The notes below the pieces were generated by a model. It saw nothing but the letters and a program-made list of their open reading frames with translations, searched no databases and was not told the origin of the DNA. This document shows positions 8,730-18,066 of a stretch of DNA of 32,000 nt, one piece after another. The stretch is taken from contig NC_000917.1 in assembly GCF_000008665.1 (NCBI RefSeq), positions 780,001 to 812,000 of the forward strand, written 5' to 3'. Source of the stretch: Archaeoglobus fulgidus DSM 4304. Lineage in GTDB: Archaea; Halobacteriota; Archaeoglobi; Archaeoglobales; Archaeoglobaceae. Position 1 is the stretch's first letter; the number at the start of each line of letters is the position of its first letter. The translations under genes and the position numbers were made by a program.

Positions 8730-10115
8730 TTAAAAGTCAATGCAGTTCTTGACAGCCTCCTCTCTGCTGCTCAAGTCCATCAAAAACCGCAGGGTAATGA
8801 GGGCGGCCGTTGGTGAGCCTCCGCCGTGGAATGCTCCCACCAGGTGGGATGAAGTAGTCCAAAATTCGATGAACTTCACGATTTTAAGTCTCTGCTCCGC
8901 GGTAAATTTCTCGCTTGCCCGGAGGAAGTCCCCAACCATTTCAAGGTCAAATTCTGAAGGAGAGGTGCCTATAATCCCTCCCGAAATGTCTATCAGGTTC
9001 ATCAGAGCTTTGGCGAACCCCTCTACACCTATAACCTTCCCGGAATTTGCCATCTGAAAGTTGGGCAACCAGCAGCCGTTGTGATTTGCCCCCTTCACCG
9101 CAGCACCGACGGAGATTGCAAAGGCACCCTCGCTGACTGCAACCATCTCAGCCACTTTCTGCTGCAAAGCTGAAACGTTCTCAAGACCGCTCGTCTTTAG
9201 CATTAGACTCGCTGCACCGGCCATCGAGTCGATAAACCCTGCCTTGCACGCTGCCCCCACACACCTGTGAGAGGGTGCGAAGTAGCTGACCACGTCCCTC
9301 GCCGCCTTCAAGTCCTCAAAAACGAAAACCCTTTCCCACGGTATGAAGACGTCGTCAAACACAACCATGCAGGTTGTTCTGTCTCCGTACTTATTTCCTG
9401 CCTCAAACTTTCCCCCTTCGCGCTGCTTCGCCTGAATTCCAGTGTTCTGAAGGATATACTTTATCCCCTCGTCCTCGGGCATGGCGGCAAAAACGACAGC
9501 GAATTCCTCCTCTCCTGGACGGAAGGTCTGAGTTGGTAAGACGAAGTTGACGTCTGCCGCAAAGGCACCGCTCTGGCAAATCTTAGCTCCTCTGACCACT
9601 ATCCCATCTTCTCTCTTCTCAACCACACGAAGGTACTTGTCCTTTTGCTCCGAGGGCCTCTTTCCCCTATCCCCCTTAACATCCGTCAGCGCGGCGGTGC
9701 AGGCATAATCCTTCTTCTGGATCTCTTTGAGCAGTTCCAAAAACCTCCTGTGATAGTCCGTTCCCTCCCTCTCGTCAAGCGCCTTTGTTGCCGGGTAAAT
9801 GGCGTTAATTGCATCACAACCGGTGCATCGGTAGTTGCAGGTTGCAAGCTTTAGGCTTAGCTCTCTCTGATAATCATATCTCGCAATCAGGTCTTCAAAA
9901 GTTTGGTTAACGTAGTTCAGCCTGTTTACCTTCTCTCCAACAAGCTCGGAGTGTGGAGCGTACTTTTCCGCTATGCTGTAGGTATAGGCCATTGCCTCAA
10001 CCGTCGGCCTTATATTCGGATGGTTTACGAAATCCTCAATTTTCTTTCCGAGAACGTAGATATCCCTTTTGTATTCACCCAACCTCTCTATGTATTCCTC
10101 CGGCTTTAAAAGCAT
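8730..10115 (-). CDS. HpaB/AbfD superfamily enzyme, likely 4-hydroxybutyryl-CoA dehydratase-like
   Basis: 461-aa ORF of the 4-hydroxyphenylacetate 3-hydroxylase/4-hydroxybutyryl-CoA dehydratase family. CNYRC (C93, C97) and HRCVGAAC (H283, C290) match the [4Fe-4S] ligand pattern of the dehydratase branch. Confidence 0.85.
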   Translation of the reverse strand: MLLKPEEYIERLGEYKRDIYVLGKKIEDFVNHPNIRPTVEAMAYTYSIAEKYAPHSELVGEKVNRLNYVNQTFEDLIARYDYQRELSLKLATCNYRCTGCDAINAIYPATKALDEREGTDYHRRFLELLKEIQKKDYACTAALTDVKGDRGKRPSEQKDKYLRVVEKREDGIVVRGAKICQSGAFAADVNFVLPTQTFRPGEEEFAVVFAAMPEDEGIKYILQNTGIQAKQREGGKFEAGNKYGDRTTCMVVFDDVFIPWERVFVFEDLKAARDVVSYFAPSHRCVGAACKAGFIDSMAGAASLMLKTSGLENVSALQQKVAEMVAVSEGAFAISVGAAVKGANHNGCWLPNFQMANSGKVIGVEGFAKALMNLIDISGGIIGTSPSEFDLEMVGDFLRASEKFTAEQRLKIVKFIEFWTTSSHLVGAFHGGGSPTAALITLRFLMDLSSREEAVKNCIDF

Positions 10116-10163
10116 AGTTCCACCTCAATCAATCCTGATAGAATTTCTTTTTTAAAAGCATTT

Positions 10164-11174
10164 CTATTTGTACATCATTATGGCTTCCAAAATTGTCGAT
10201 TCTATGTGGTGGGGAAGGGGGATAATTCCGTCAAAATCGCTCCTGCTCAAATGGTTTAAAGCAAGGATTGCCGCGGAAAAGGTCCTGTCCATCACCTCAA
10301 TCGGTGTTCCGCTACCGAGGGCGAGGTTTGCCGCATAACCGTCAGCGACCAAGAAATACCTTTTCCCGGCTATCTCGTACTCCTTAACCAGGCCGTAGTC
10401 TTTGATAAGCTCACCTGCAGGCTCAATTTCCATCTCAGCACCCATGTTCAGAATAATGCTCCCATCAGAGATTTCTTCAAGCTCCTCTTTACCGAGAACA
10501 CCTTTAACTCCGGTGCACGTTACCACCACTTCCGCGGTAAAATCTTTCTCGACTCTGAATCCCTCATAAAGAGCTTCAATCTGCCTCGTTTCGTCATTGT
10601 CCCAAACGGCTACATCACAGCCTACAGACTTCAGGAGTCTCGCACAACCTCTCCCAACTCTGCCAAAACCCAGAATAAGGGCCTTTTTTCCCGGCAAAAA
10701 CACGTTCAGCCTTAGCAACGCATCGAGCAAACCAAAAGCCGTCCCATGTGTGTTCTCTCCAGTGCCCTTTAACGTCGAGGAGTCAAGCGATATTGCTTTC
10801 ATCCTAACATCCATCTTTCGCAGGTACTCCTCGCCGGTTTTCGTGAGCTCCACAACCTTAAGCCTTTCCTTCCCGCTTTTTACCGCCACTCTCGAAAGCA
10901 CCGCTGCACAATCAAGGAAGTACTCAGCATTAACAACGTCCCTTTTCATCTTCACCTCAACACCCTTCTCCTTCAACCAACTAACAACCTCAGGTTTCGT
11001 TGAAAAATCGTCGAGCTTTGCAGCATAGACGTTGGTGTACCTGGAAAGCTCGTAAATTAGACAAGCGGACTTGTATTCGAGAGGAATGCAGATAGCCAGC
11101 TCATCCACCTCAATGTCCCTGGCAAATTTCCTGACGAGCTTCATTCTTCTGTGATACCAATCAACAGATATCAC
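10164..11174 (-). CDS. Divergent, short S-adenosylhomocysteine hydrolase-like protein
   Basis: 336-aa ORF with a Rossmann segment (KKALILGFGRVGRGCARLLKSVGCDVAVWD) and the SAHH C-terminal signature NLALGSGTPIEVMDRTFS. The N-terminal catalytic region is poorly conserved. Confidence 0.8.
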   Translation of the reverse strand: MISVDWYHRRMKLVRKFARDIEVDELAICIPLEYKSACLIYELSRYTNVYAAKLDDFSTKPEVVSWLKEKGVEVKMKRDVVNAEYFLDCAAVLSRVAVKSGKERLKVVELTKTGEEYLRKMDVRMKAISLDSSTLKGTGENTHGTAFGLLDALLRLNVFLPGKKALILGFGRVGRGCARLLKSVGCDVAVWDNDETRQIEALYEGFRVEKDFTAEVVVTCTGVKGVLGKEELEEISDGSIILNMGAEMEIEPAGELIKDYGLVKEYEIAGKRYFLVADGYAANLALGSGTPIEVMDRTFSAAILALNHLSRSDFDGIIPLPHHIESTILEAIMMYK

Positions 11175-11254
11175 GATACAGTTTCTGCAGCAAAATATTT
11201 CAACTTATTGAAAGACTCAGAGATAAACCGACCTTCAGGCTGAGGTGATAGCCT

Positions 11255-12760
11255 TTGGAAACTCTGCTCGAAATGAGGAACATAGTTAAGCGATTCGGCA
11301 GCCTTGTTGCCAACGACCACATCAACTTCGAAGTAAAAAGGGGCGAGATTCACGGACTTCTGGGTGAAAACGGAGCGGGTAAAACGACTTTAATGAATAT
11401 TCTCTACGGAATTTACCAGCCGGATGAGGGAGAAATAATCTTCGAGGGTAAAAAGGTGAGATTCAAAAGTCCGAAAGATGCCATCTCAGCCGGTATAGGG
11501 ATGGTCCATCAGCATTTCATGCTTGTTCCGAGGATGAACGTACTTCAAAACATAGTTCTCGGTTATCGCACTCCCTCTGACCCCCTAATAAACCACAGGT
11601 GGGTTGAGGAAAGAATTGAACGTCTCTCCGAAAAGTACGGGATTGACGTGGCGCTTTACGAGGTCATTATGAACTTGAGCGTTGGAGAGGAGCAGAGGGT
11701 CGAAATTTTGAAGGCTCTCTTCCGTGACGTTAAGCTTCTCATCCTCGACGAGCCGACAGCTGTTCTCACACCTCAGGAGGTTGACAGCCTTTTTTACGCT
11801 CTGAAATCCATGACGAAGAGTGGTCTTACAATTATTTTCATAACTCACAAGCTAAAGGAGGCTCTTAAGGTCACGGACAGGATAACCGTCTTGAGAAGAG
11901 GGAGAAAGGTGGGAACTGTCATAACTTCTGAAACAAACGAAAGAGAGCTTACCAGGATGATGGTTGGTCGGGACATAGTGCTTGATATTACAAAACCGCC
12001 TTCAACGCCCGGCAGAGAAGTCCTCAGGGTCGAGGATTTGTGGGTTAGGGACGAAAGGGGAAATTACGCTGTGAAGGGTGTGAGCTTCTCAATAAGAGAG
12101 GGAGAGATTTTTGGGATTGCCGGAGTTTCGGGCAACGGACAGAAAGAGCTCGAAGAGGCTATAGCGGGACTGAGAAAGGTTGAGAGGGGCAGAATCATTC
12201 TTGACGGAAAGGATATAACAGCCAAAGGCGTGGCGGAAAGAGAGGACATAGCATACATACCCGAAGACAGGATAGGCGTCGGGTTGGCACCCTCTCTTTC
12301 CGTTCTGGAAAACCTTATGCTGAAGGACTTTAAAAAGTACAAAAAGCGCTTCTCCCTGAACTTCGAAGAAATGGAAAAGAGAGCGATGAGCCTCGTTGAG
12401 GAATTCTCTGTAAAAACTCCATCTTTGCACTCTCCGGCAGGAACGCTTTCTGGTGGAAATATCCAGAGGCTGATTCTCGCAAGAGAGCTTTCAAGAAATC
12501 CCAGATTGATCATAGCCTCCCAACCAACAAGGGGACTTGACGTTGCCGGCATAGACTACGTGAGAAGGAGGCTTATAGAGGCGGCGATGAGGGGGTCTGC
12601 AGTCCTTCTGATTTCCGAAGATCTGGATGAGATTTTCCAGCTCAGCGACAGAATAGGGGTTATGTACGAGGGTGAGATAAGGGGAATCGTGGACAGGAAA
12701 AATGCCAACTACGAGAAAATTGGTTACCTGATGGCGGGAGGTTTGGAGGTCGCAGCATGA
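11255..12760 (+). CDS. BMP-family (nucleoside-type) ABC transporter, duplicated ATP-binding protein
   Basis: Two ABC halves: GENGAGKTTLMNILYG with LSVGEEQRVEILKAL, and GVSGNGQKELEEAIAG with LSGGNIQRLILAREL. TTG start 7 nt after GAGGTGAT. Confidence 0.92.
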   Translation: METLLEMRNIVKRFGSLVANDHINFEVKRGEIHGLLGENGAGKTTLMNILYGIYQPDEGEIIFEGKKVRFKSPKDAISAGIGMVHQHFMLVPRMNVLQNIVLGYRTPSDPLINHRWVEERIERLSEKYGIDVALYEVIMNLSVGEEQRVEILKALFRDVKLLILDEPTAVLTPQEVDSLFYALKSMTKSGLTIIFITHKLKEALKVTDRITVLRRGRKVGTVITSETNERELTRMMVGRDIVLDITKPPSTPGREVLRVEDLWVRDERGNYAVKGVSFSIREGEIFGIAGVSGNGQKELEEAIAGLRKVERGRIILDGKDITAKGVAEREDIAYIPEDRIGVGLAPSLSVLENLMLKDFKKYKKRFSLNFEEMEKRAMSLVEEFSVKTPSLHSPAGTLSGGNIQRLILARELSRNPRLIIASQPTRGLDVAGIDYVRRRLIEAAMRGSAVLLISEDLDEIFQLSDRIGVMYEGEIRGIVDRKNANYEKIGYLMAGGLEVAA

Positions 12761-13755
12761 GGGACATAGTAACTCCAGTCATTTCCGTAGCCGCATCCCT
12801 CGTCCTGGTGGGGATTTTACTCGCCGCCATAGGGATAAATCCCCTCGAAGCGTACGCTGTGATGTTCACAAGGTCCTTCACATCCAAATTCGGTCTCGCG
12901 GAGCTGTGCGTGAAAACAACACCTCTGATACTCACCGGCTTGGCGGTGGCAATTCCACTAAGAGCGGGGCTATGGAACATCGGCGCGGAAGGGCAGCTTT
13001 ACATGGGTGCCTTCGCCGCAAGCGTTGTGGCCCTTTACTCCAACCTTCCGGGATACGCGATGCTCCCGGCAATGTTTGCTGTGGGAGCTTTGTTCGGGAT
13101 GGGCTGGGCGGCAATTCCGGCTGTTTTGAAGGCAAAATTCGACCTCAACGAGATAATTTCCACACTCCTTCTTAACTACGTCGCCATATACTGGGTGGAG
13201 TACATGGTTTACGGCCCTATGAGGGGCAAGGAGGTTTACAACTTCCCGTACACAGACCTTTTTCCCGATGCCGCAACACTTCCAAGGTTCTTCGGAACTC
13301 GCTTCCACCTTGGGTTCTTCATTGCTGTCGTCATTGCCTTGGTAATTTACTACATCATCAGGAAGACGGATTTTGGCTTCTCCCTCAAGGTTGTCGGAGC
13401 GAATCCGAGGGCTGCTGAATACGCGGGGATAAGCAGGCAGAAAATGGTAATATACTCCATGCTTCTCGGCGGAATGCTCGCAGGAATAGCGGGGATGATT
13501 GAGGTGAGCGGTATTCAGCTAAGACTGAGGCCCTCAATCTCCACCGGATACGGGTACGCGGGAATTCCCGTTGCTCTTCTCGCTTCCGGAAATCCGCTGC
13601 TCGTCATGCTCTCCGCAGCGCTGTTTGGCTTTCTGTACGTTGGTGGCTCAGCGCTCCAGACCACCTACTCTGTGCCAGTTGCTATAGTCTACGTATTTCA
13701 GTCATTGATAGTTCTGTTCATAATAGGCGGGCAATCGCTAAGGAGGAGGGATTAA
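12757..13755 (+). CDS. BMP-family ABC transporter permease 1
   Basis: Hydrophobic 332-aa ORF with GLWNIGAEGQLYMGAFAA; its ATGA overlaps the ATPase stop. Confidence 0.9.
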   Translation: MRDIVTPVISVAASLVLVGILLAAIGINPLEAYAVMFTRSFTSKFGLAELCVKTTPLILTGLAVAIPLRAGLWNIGAEGQLYMGAFAASVVALYSNLPGYAMLPAMFAVGALFGMGWAAIPAVLKAKFDLNEIISTLLLNYVAIYWVEYMVYGPMRGKEVYNFPYTDLFPDAATLPRFFGTRFHLGFFIAVVIALVIYYIIRKTDFGFSLKVVGANPRAAEYAGISRQKMVIYSMLLGGMLAGIAGMIEVSGIQLRLRPSISTGYGYAGIPVALLASGNPLLVMLSAALFGFLYVGGSALQTTYSVPVAIVYVFQSLIVLFIIGGQSLRRRD

Positions 13756-13756
13756 G

Positions 13757-14689
13757 ATGGTGGACCCAAGCTTCTTGGCCTCGCTGCTGGCTTCCTCGAT
13801 TAGGGCCGGTACACCACTGCTTTACGCAACGCTGGGTGAGATTCTTACCGAGAGAAGCGGAATTCTTAACCTCGGACTTGAGGGGATAATGATTACCGGA
13901 GCCTTTACCGGATTTGCCGTAAGCCTCGCGACCGGCAGCCCATGGCTCGGAGTTCTCTGCGGTGGGCTTGCCGGAATGGCTCTCGCCTTCGTGCATGCGT
14001 TCTTTTCCATAACGCTGAGAGCCAACCAGTCCATAACCGGATTGATGCTGGTTCTTCTCGGTCTCGGCATAACGGGATTTCTGGGGAGAAACTACATAGG
14101 GGAAGTTGCGTTCTACATCGATCCAGTAAAGATTCCCGTCTTGTCAGACATTCCTTACATCGGAGAAATTCTTTTCAGTCACGATCCGCTGGCTTATCTC
14201 GCAATAATTCTCGCAGCAATTATGTGGTTCATCCTTTTCAGGACGAGGTACGGTTTGGAGATAATTGCAGCCGGAGAGAAACCGGAGGCTGCTGACAGCA
14301 TGGGTGTTAACGTTGACAGAGTGAGGTACCTGAGCACGCTTTTAGGAGGCTTTCTCGTTGGGATTGGAGGGGCGTATCTCAGCCTCGCCTACGCGAAGCT
14401 GTGGACGGAGGGGATGACCGCAGGAAGGGGATGGATCTGCTTAGCTTTAGTTATCTTCAGCGGATGGATGCCGCAGAGAGCAGTTTTTGGTGCCTACCTC
14501 TTCGGAGGTCTTGACGTGCTGTCCTTCAAGCTCCAGGCGACGGGAATAGAGGTGTCGTACCACCTCATGAAAATGGTCCCCTACGTCGTCACGATAGTAG
14601 TGCTGCTGTTCAGTGTCGTGAGAAAAAGGGCTGCCTTTGGAGCGCCTGCAGCACTTGGAATACCGTATGTCAGGGGGAGGAAAGAGTAA
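13757..14689 (+). CDS. BMP-family ABC transporter permease 2
   Basis: Hydrophobic 310-aa ORF with LTERSGILNLGLEGIMITGAFTGF and AEKPEAADSMGVNVDRVRY. Confidence 0.9.
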   Translation: MVDPSFLASLLASSIRAGTPLLYATLGEILTERSGILNLGLEGIMITGAFTGFAVSLATGSPWLGVLCGGLAGMALAFVHAFFSITLRANQSITGLMLVLLGLGITGFLGRNYIGEVAFYIDPVKIPVLSDIPYIGEILFSHDPLAYLAIILAAIMWFILFRTRYGLEIIAAGEKPEAADSMGVNVDRVRYLSTLLGGFLVGIGGAYLSLAYAKLWTEGMTAGRGWICLALVIFSGWMPQRAVFGAYLFGGLDVLSFKLQATGIEVSYHLMKMVPYVVTIVVLLFSVVRKRAAFGAPAALGIPYVRGRKE

Positions 14690-14720
14690 AGTTTATTTCT
14701 TTTGGCATTTGGCAGAAGAT

Positions 14721-15860
14721 ATGAAGGCAAAGGTTCTGGTTTTTATCGCTCTAGCGGTATTAGCTGCTGGGCTGTTTGCAGGGTGTGCAGGAGAAGAGAA
14801 GACTCCTACAACCACGCAAACCACAACTACTGAAACTGCATCTGAGAAAAAGCTTAGCGCTGCCTTCGTTTACGTAAGCCCGATTGGGGATGCGGGGTGG
14901 ACTTACAGCCACGACTTAGGGAGGCAGTATATTGAGAGGGTTTACGGAGTGAAAACCGCCTACGCAGAGAACGTTGCCGAAGGTGGTGACGATGAGAGGG
15001 TTATCAGAGAGTTTGCAGAGCAGGGCTATGACGTGATATTCACAACGTCCTTCGGTTTCATGGATGCCACGATAACCGTTGCGAAGGACTTCCCCAACAC
15101 GATATTCATGCACTGCAGCGGTTACAAGACCGCGAAGAACGTTGGAACCTACTTTGGCAGAATGTACCAGGCCAGGTATCTGAGCGGTCTCGTGGCAGGA
15201 GCAATGACAAAAACCAACAAGATAGGTTACGTTGCCGCAGTTCCGATTCCGGAGGTCATCAGAGGAATAAACGCCTTCGCTCTCGGTGTCAAGAAGGTGA
15301 ATCCGGATGCCAAGATTTACGTTGTTTGGACGGGGACTTGGTATGACCCAGCTAAAGAGAAGGAGGCGGCGCTCAGCCTTATCGATGAGGGGTGTGACGT
15401 TATAGCCCAGCATCAGGATTCTCCAGCAGCGCAGCAGGCTGCAGAGGAGAGGGGGGTTTACTCTATAGGCTACCACAGCGACATGTCCAAGTTCGCTCCT
15501 CACGCGCACCTCACCTCTGCCGTTTGGAACTGGAGCGTGATTTACTCCTACGTCATAGAGCAGGTGATGCAGGGAACCTGGAAGAGCGAGCAGATCTGGT
15601 GGGGAATAGACAAGGGCGTTGTTGGTCTAACACCTCTTAGCGACGTAGTACCTGAAGACGTGAAGAAGATGGTAGAGGAGGAGAAGCAGAAGTATCTGAA
15701 CGGGGAGGTTCCGGAGCAGTACCCGTTCGTAGGGCCAATCTACGACCAGCAGGGCAACCTCGTTAAGGCAGAAGGAGAGGTAATGACCGACAAGGAACTC
15801 CTCTCGATGAACTTCTTCGTGGACAACGTTGTTGGAGAAATTCCTTCAGCCTCTGAATAA
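14721..15860 (+). CDS. BMP-family lipoprotein substrate-binding protein
   Basis: Start revised from 14637 to ATG 14721, giving signal peptide MKAKVLVFIALAVLAAGLFAGC with a lipobox. Mature domain has AFVYVSPIGDAGWTYSHDLG and GVYSIGYHSDMSKFAP. TATA-like TTTATTTC just upstream. Confidence 0.92.
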   Translation: MKAKVLVFIALAVLAAGLFAGCAGEEKTPTTTQTTTTETASEKKLSAAFVYVSPIGDAGWTYSHDLGRQYIERVYGVKTAYAENVAEGGDDERVIREFAEQGYDVIFTTSFGFMDATITVAKDFPNTIFMHCSGYKTAKNVGTYFGRMYQARYLSGLVAGAMTKTNKIGYVAAVPIPEVIRGINAFALGVKKVNPDAKIYVVWTGTWYDPAKEKEAALSLIDEGCDVIAQHQDSPAAQQAAEERGVYSIGYHSDMSKFAPHAHLTSAVWNWSVIYSYVIEQVMQGTWKSEQIWWGIDKGVVGLTPLSDVVPEDVKKMVEEEKQKYLNGEVPEQYPFVGPIYDQQGNLVKAEGEVMTDKELLSMNFFVDNVVGEIPSASE

Positions 15861-15865
15861 ATTTT

Positions 15866-16141
15866 TTATTTCCTCAATTTTTCAAGCAAGTCCCCCAAGT
15901 AGGTTCCAGCAGCAAAAAAGATTGCGTAGATTAACGCCGCAACAATCAGGCCGAAGGCTTTCACGAATTCACCCCATCCTGCACCGTCAAGAACAGCATG
16001 GGAGAGAGCGATTCCGGAAACCAGACCCAGCAGCAGGGAAACGAATATAACTTCGATAATTTTGGCTCTGTCCTCCTTTCCCCTCCTCAGGAATCCGAAA
16101 GCTATCCCTAATAAAAATGAGATGATGGCGTAGGTGTCCAT
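15866..16141 (-). CDS. Small membrane protein (91 aa), unknown function
   Basis: Three hydrophobic segments, convergent with the bmp gene and 5 bp away. Confidence 0.6.
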   Translation of the reverse strand: MDTYAIISFLLGIAFGFLRRGKEDRAKIIEVIFVSLLLGLVSGIALSHAVLDGAGWGEFVKAFGLIVAALIYAIFFAAGTYLGDLLEKLRK

Positions 16142-16339
16142 GCAAGGGGTAGTTTACAACACTATAAAAACTTACTTTTGTTTTGAATCTTGCCTTTCCC
16201 CCTCCTCGAGGTCATCAACCTTTCTGAAGTACAGACCCTCGCACATAGAGCGGATTTTCCTTCCCACTTTTAAAACGCTAACCTTCAAATTTGAAATTAC
16301 TGGAGAAAGACTATATACCTCAATACATAACGACTAGAG

Positions 16340-16978
16340 ATGAGGGTAGCCCTTCTTGGAGGCACAGGTAATCTGGGAAAGGGTCTGGCGTTAAGGCTTG
16401 CCACTTTAGGCCATGAAATTGTTGTCGGTTCTCGTAGGGAAGAGAAAGCCGAAGCTAAGGCGGCTGAATACAGAAGAATTGCTGGAGATGCTAGCATTAC
16501 GGGAATGAAAAATGAGGATGCTGCAGAAGCCTGCGACATTGCCGTCCTCACGATTCCATGGGAACACGCAATAGACACTGCAAGAGACCTCAAAAACATT
16601 CTGAGGGAAAAAATCGTCGTTTCCCCTCTCGTGCCTGTATCCAGAGGTGCTAAGGGCTTTACCTACAGCTCAGAGAGGTCTGCTGCTGAGATCGTTGCGG
16701 AAGTGCTAGAAAGCGAAAAAGTAGTTTCCGCCCTCCACACCATCCCCGCTGCGAGGTTTGCAAACCTCGATGAGAAGTTTGACTGGGATGTTCCGGTCTG
16801 CGGGGATGATGATGAGTCAAAGAAGGTGGTCATGAGCCTCATATCAGAAATTGATGGACTTCGCCCACTCGATGCGGGGCCTCTGAGCAACTCGAGGCTT
16901 GTCGAGTCCTTGACGCCCTTAATATTGAACATAATGCGCTTTAACGGCATGGGGGAGCTAGGGATAAAGTTCCTCTGA
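16340..16978 (+). CDS. fno: F420H2:NADP+ oxidoreductase
   Basis: 212-aa ORF MRVALLGGTGNLGKGLALRLATLGHEIVVGSRR...; N-terminal Rossmann motif and full-length family similarity (TIPAARFANL...GDDDESKKVV). TATA box TATATA near 16310. Confidence 0.93.
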   Translation: MRVALLGGTGNLGKGLALRLATLGHEIVVGSRREEKAEAKAAEYRRIAGDASITGMKNEDAAEACDIAVLTIPWEHAIDTARDLKNILREKIVVSPLVPVSRGAKGFTYSSERSAAEIVAEVLESEKVVSALHTIPAARFANLDEKFDWDVPVCGDDDESKKVVMSLISEIDGLRPLDAGPLSNSRLVESLTPLILNIMRFNGMGELGIKFL

Positions 16979-16988
16979 CTCTTGCCTT

Positions 16989-17993
16989 CTAGTCTTTCTT
17001 ATACGGAAACTTCAAAACGAAGACTGTCCCTGTGGGCTCGTTGTCTTTAACCTCCACATTCCCTCCGTATCTCTCCATAAGGCTTGCAACGATGAACAGA
17101 CCCAGTCCCTGACCCTCTCCCGAATGAAAACCTTCGTTGAATATTCTGCTCTTGTTCTCATCCGAAATGCCAATACCATCATCCTCAACCCTTACAACGA
17201 CTTTGTCTTTTTCCCATTCAGTGGCAACTCTCACGTTTTTGCATCTTCCATGCTTTACGGCGTTGTTCAGCAGGTTGTCTGCGATCGAGTAAAGACCGTC
17301 GTCTGCCATTACTGCTGCATCTCCCGTCACAACGACGTTAATGCTGTAGTTCTTGCTAACCTCCTCAAAAACCTCCTTTACCGACACAACTCTAAGCTCA
17401 CCTCCCGTTTTCATCAGCAATTCCAGGTTTCTCAACCTTCTGAGGGTCTTTACCGACTCCGCCAAAATCTGGTATGCTTTCGAGACTATTTCATCCTCCC
17501 GCTTTTCCATTGAAAGCTCAAGGAGATTCATCGCCGCGGAGATTTTGTTAGCAAGGTCGTGACGGATAATTTTCCCTACAAGTTCAACGTATCTCTCGAT
17601 GCTCTTTTTTCTCTCCTCCTCCAGCACCAGTTCGGTAATGTCGATGACGTTGCAAACTATAGCTTCCTTTCCTTTAAAAATGGCCGGAAAAGCCTTCATT
17701 TCAACCCAGGCCGGGGAACCGTTCTTTCGCCTAATCTTCGCCACGTACCTCTCCGGAAGATTGTCAAATTTACCGGATTCAGACATTTCGGTAAAAAGCC
17801 TTATGTTTTCTCTGTCCGTCTCGTCAGCAAGCAAATCGTAAGGACTTTTCCTCAATAGCTCCTCTCTGGTGTAGCCCGAAATCCGCTCAACCTCTCTATT
17901 GAGAAAAACGAATCTACCTTCCTGATACACGTAAATGCCCGTTCTCAGCTTTTCCAAAACTTCGAGGGGAAGGGCTACATCAAGATCTAACAT
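16989..17993 (-). CDS. PAS-domain histidine kinase
   Basis: 334-aa ORF with PAS, IIRHDLANKISAAMNLLEL, DNLLNNAVKHG, VEDDGIGIS and GQGLGLFIVASLMERYGG. Confidence 0.9.
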   Translation of the reverse strand: MLDLDVALPLEVLEKLRTGIYVYQEGRFVFLNREVERISGYTREELLRKSPYDLLADETDRENIRLFTEMSESGKFDNLPERYVAKIRRKNGSPAWVEMKAFPAIFKGKEAIVCNVIDITELVLEEERKKSIERYVELVGKIIRHDLANKISAAMNLLELSMEKREDEIVSKAYQILAESVKTLRRLRNLELLMKTGGELRVVSVKEVFEEVSKNYSINVVVTGDAAVMADDGLYSIADNLLNNAVKHGRCKNVRVATEWEKDKVVVRVEDDGIGISDENKSRIFNEGFHSGEGQGLGLFIVASLMERYGGNVEVKDNEPTGTVFVLKFPYKKD

Positions 17994-18035
17994 TATTTAA
18001 TCTTGAATTAAATCCTTAAAATAGTTTGCCATAAC

Positions 18036-18043
18036 CTTTATAA
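18036..18043 (+). promoter_or_regulatory. TATA box for SRP RNA (CTTTATAA)
   Basis: AT-rich octamer centred about 27 nt upstream of the inferred 7S RNA 5' end. Confidence 0.6.
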
Positions 18044-18066
18044 CTCACTGTGACAATACTTTATTT

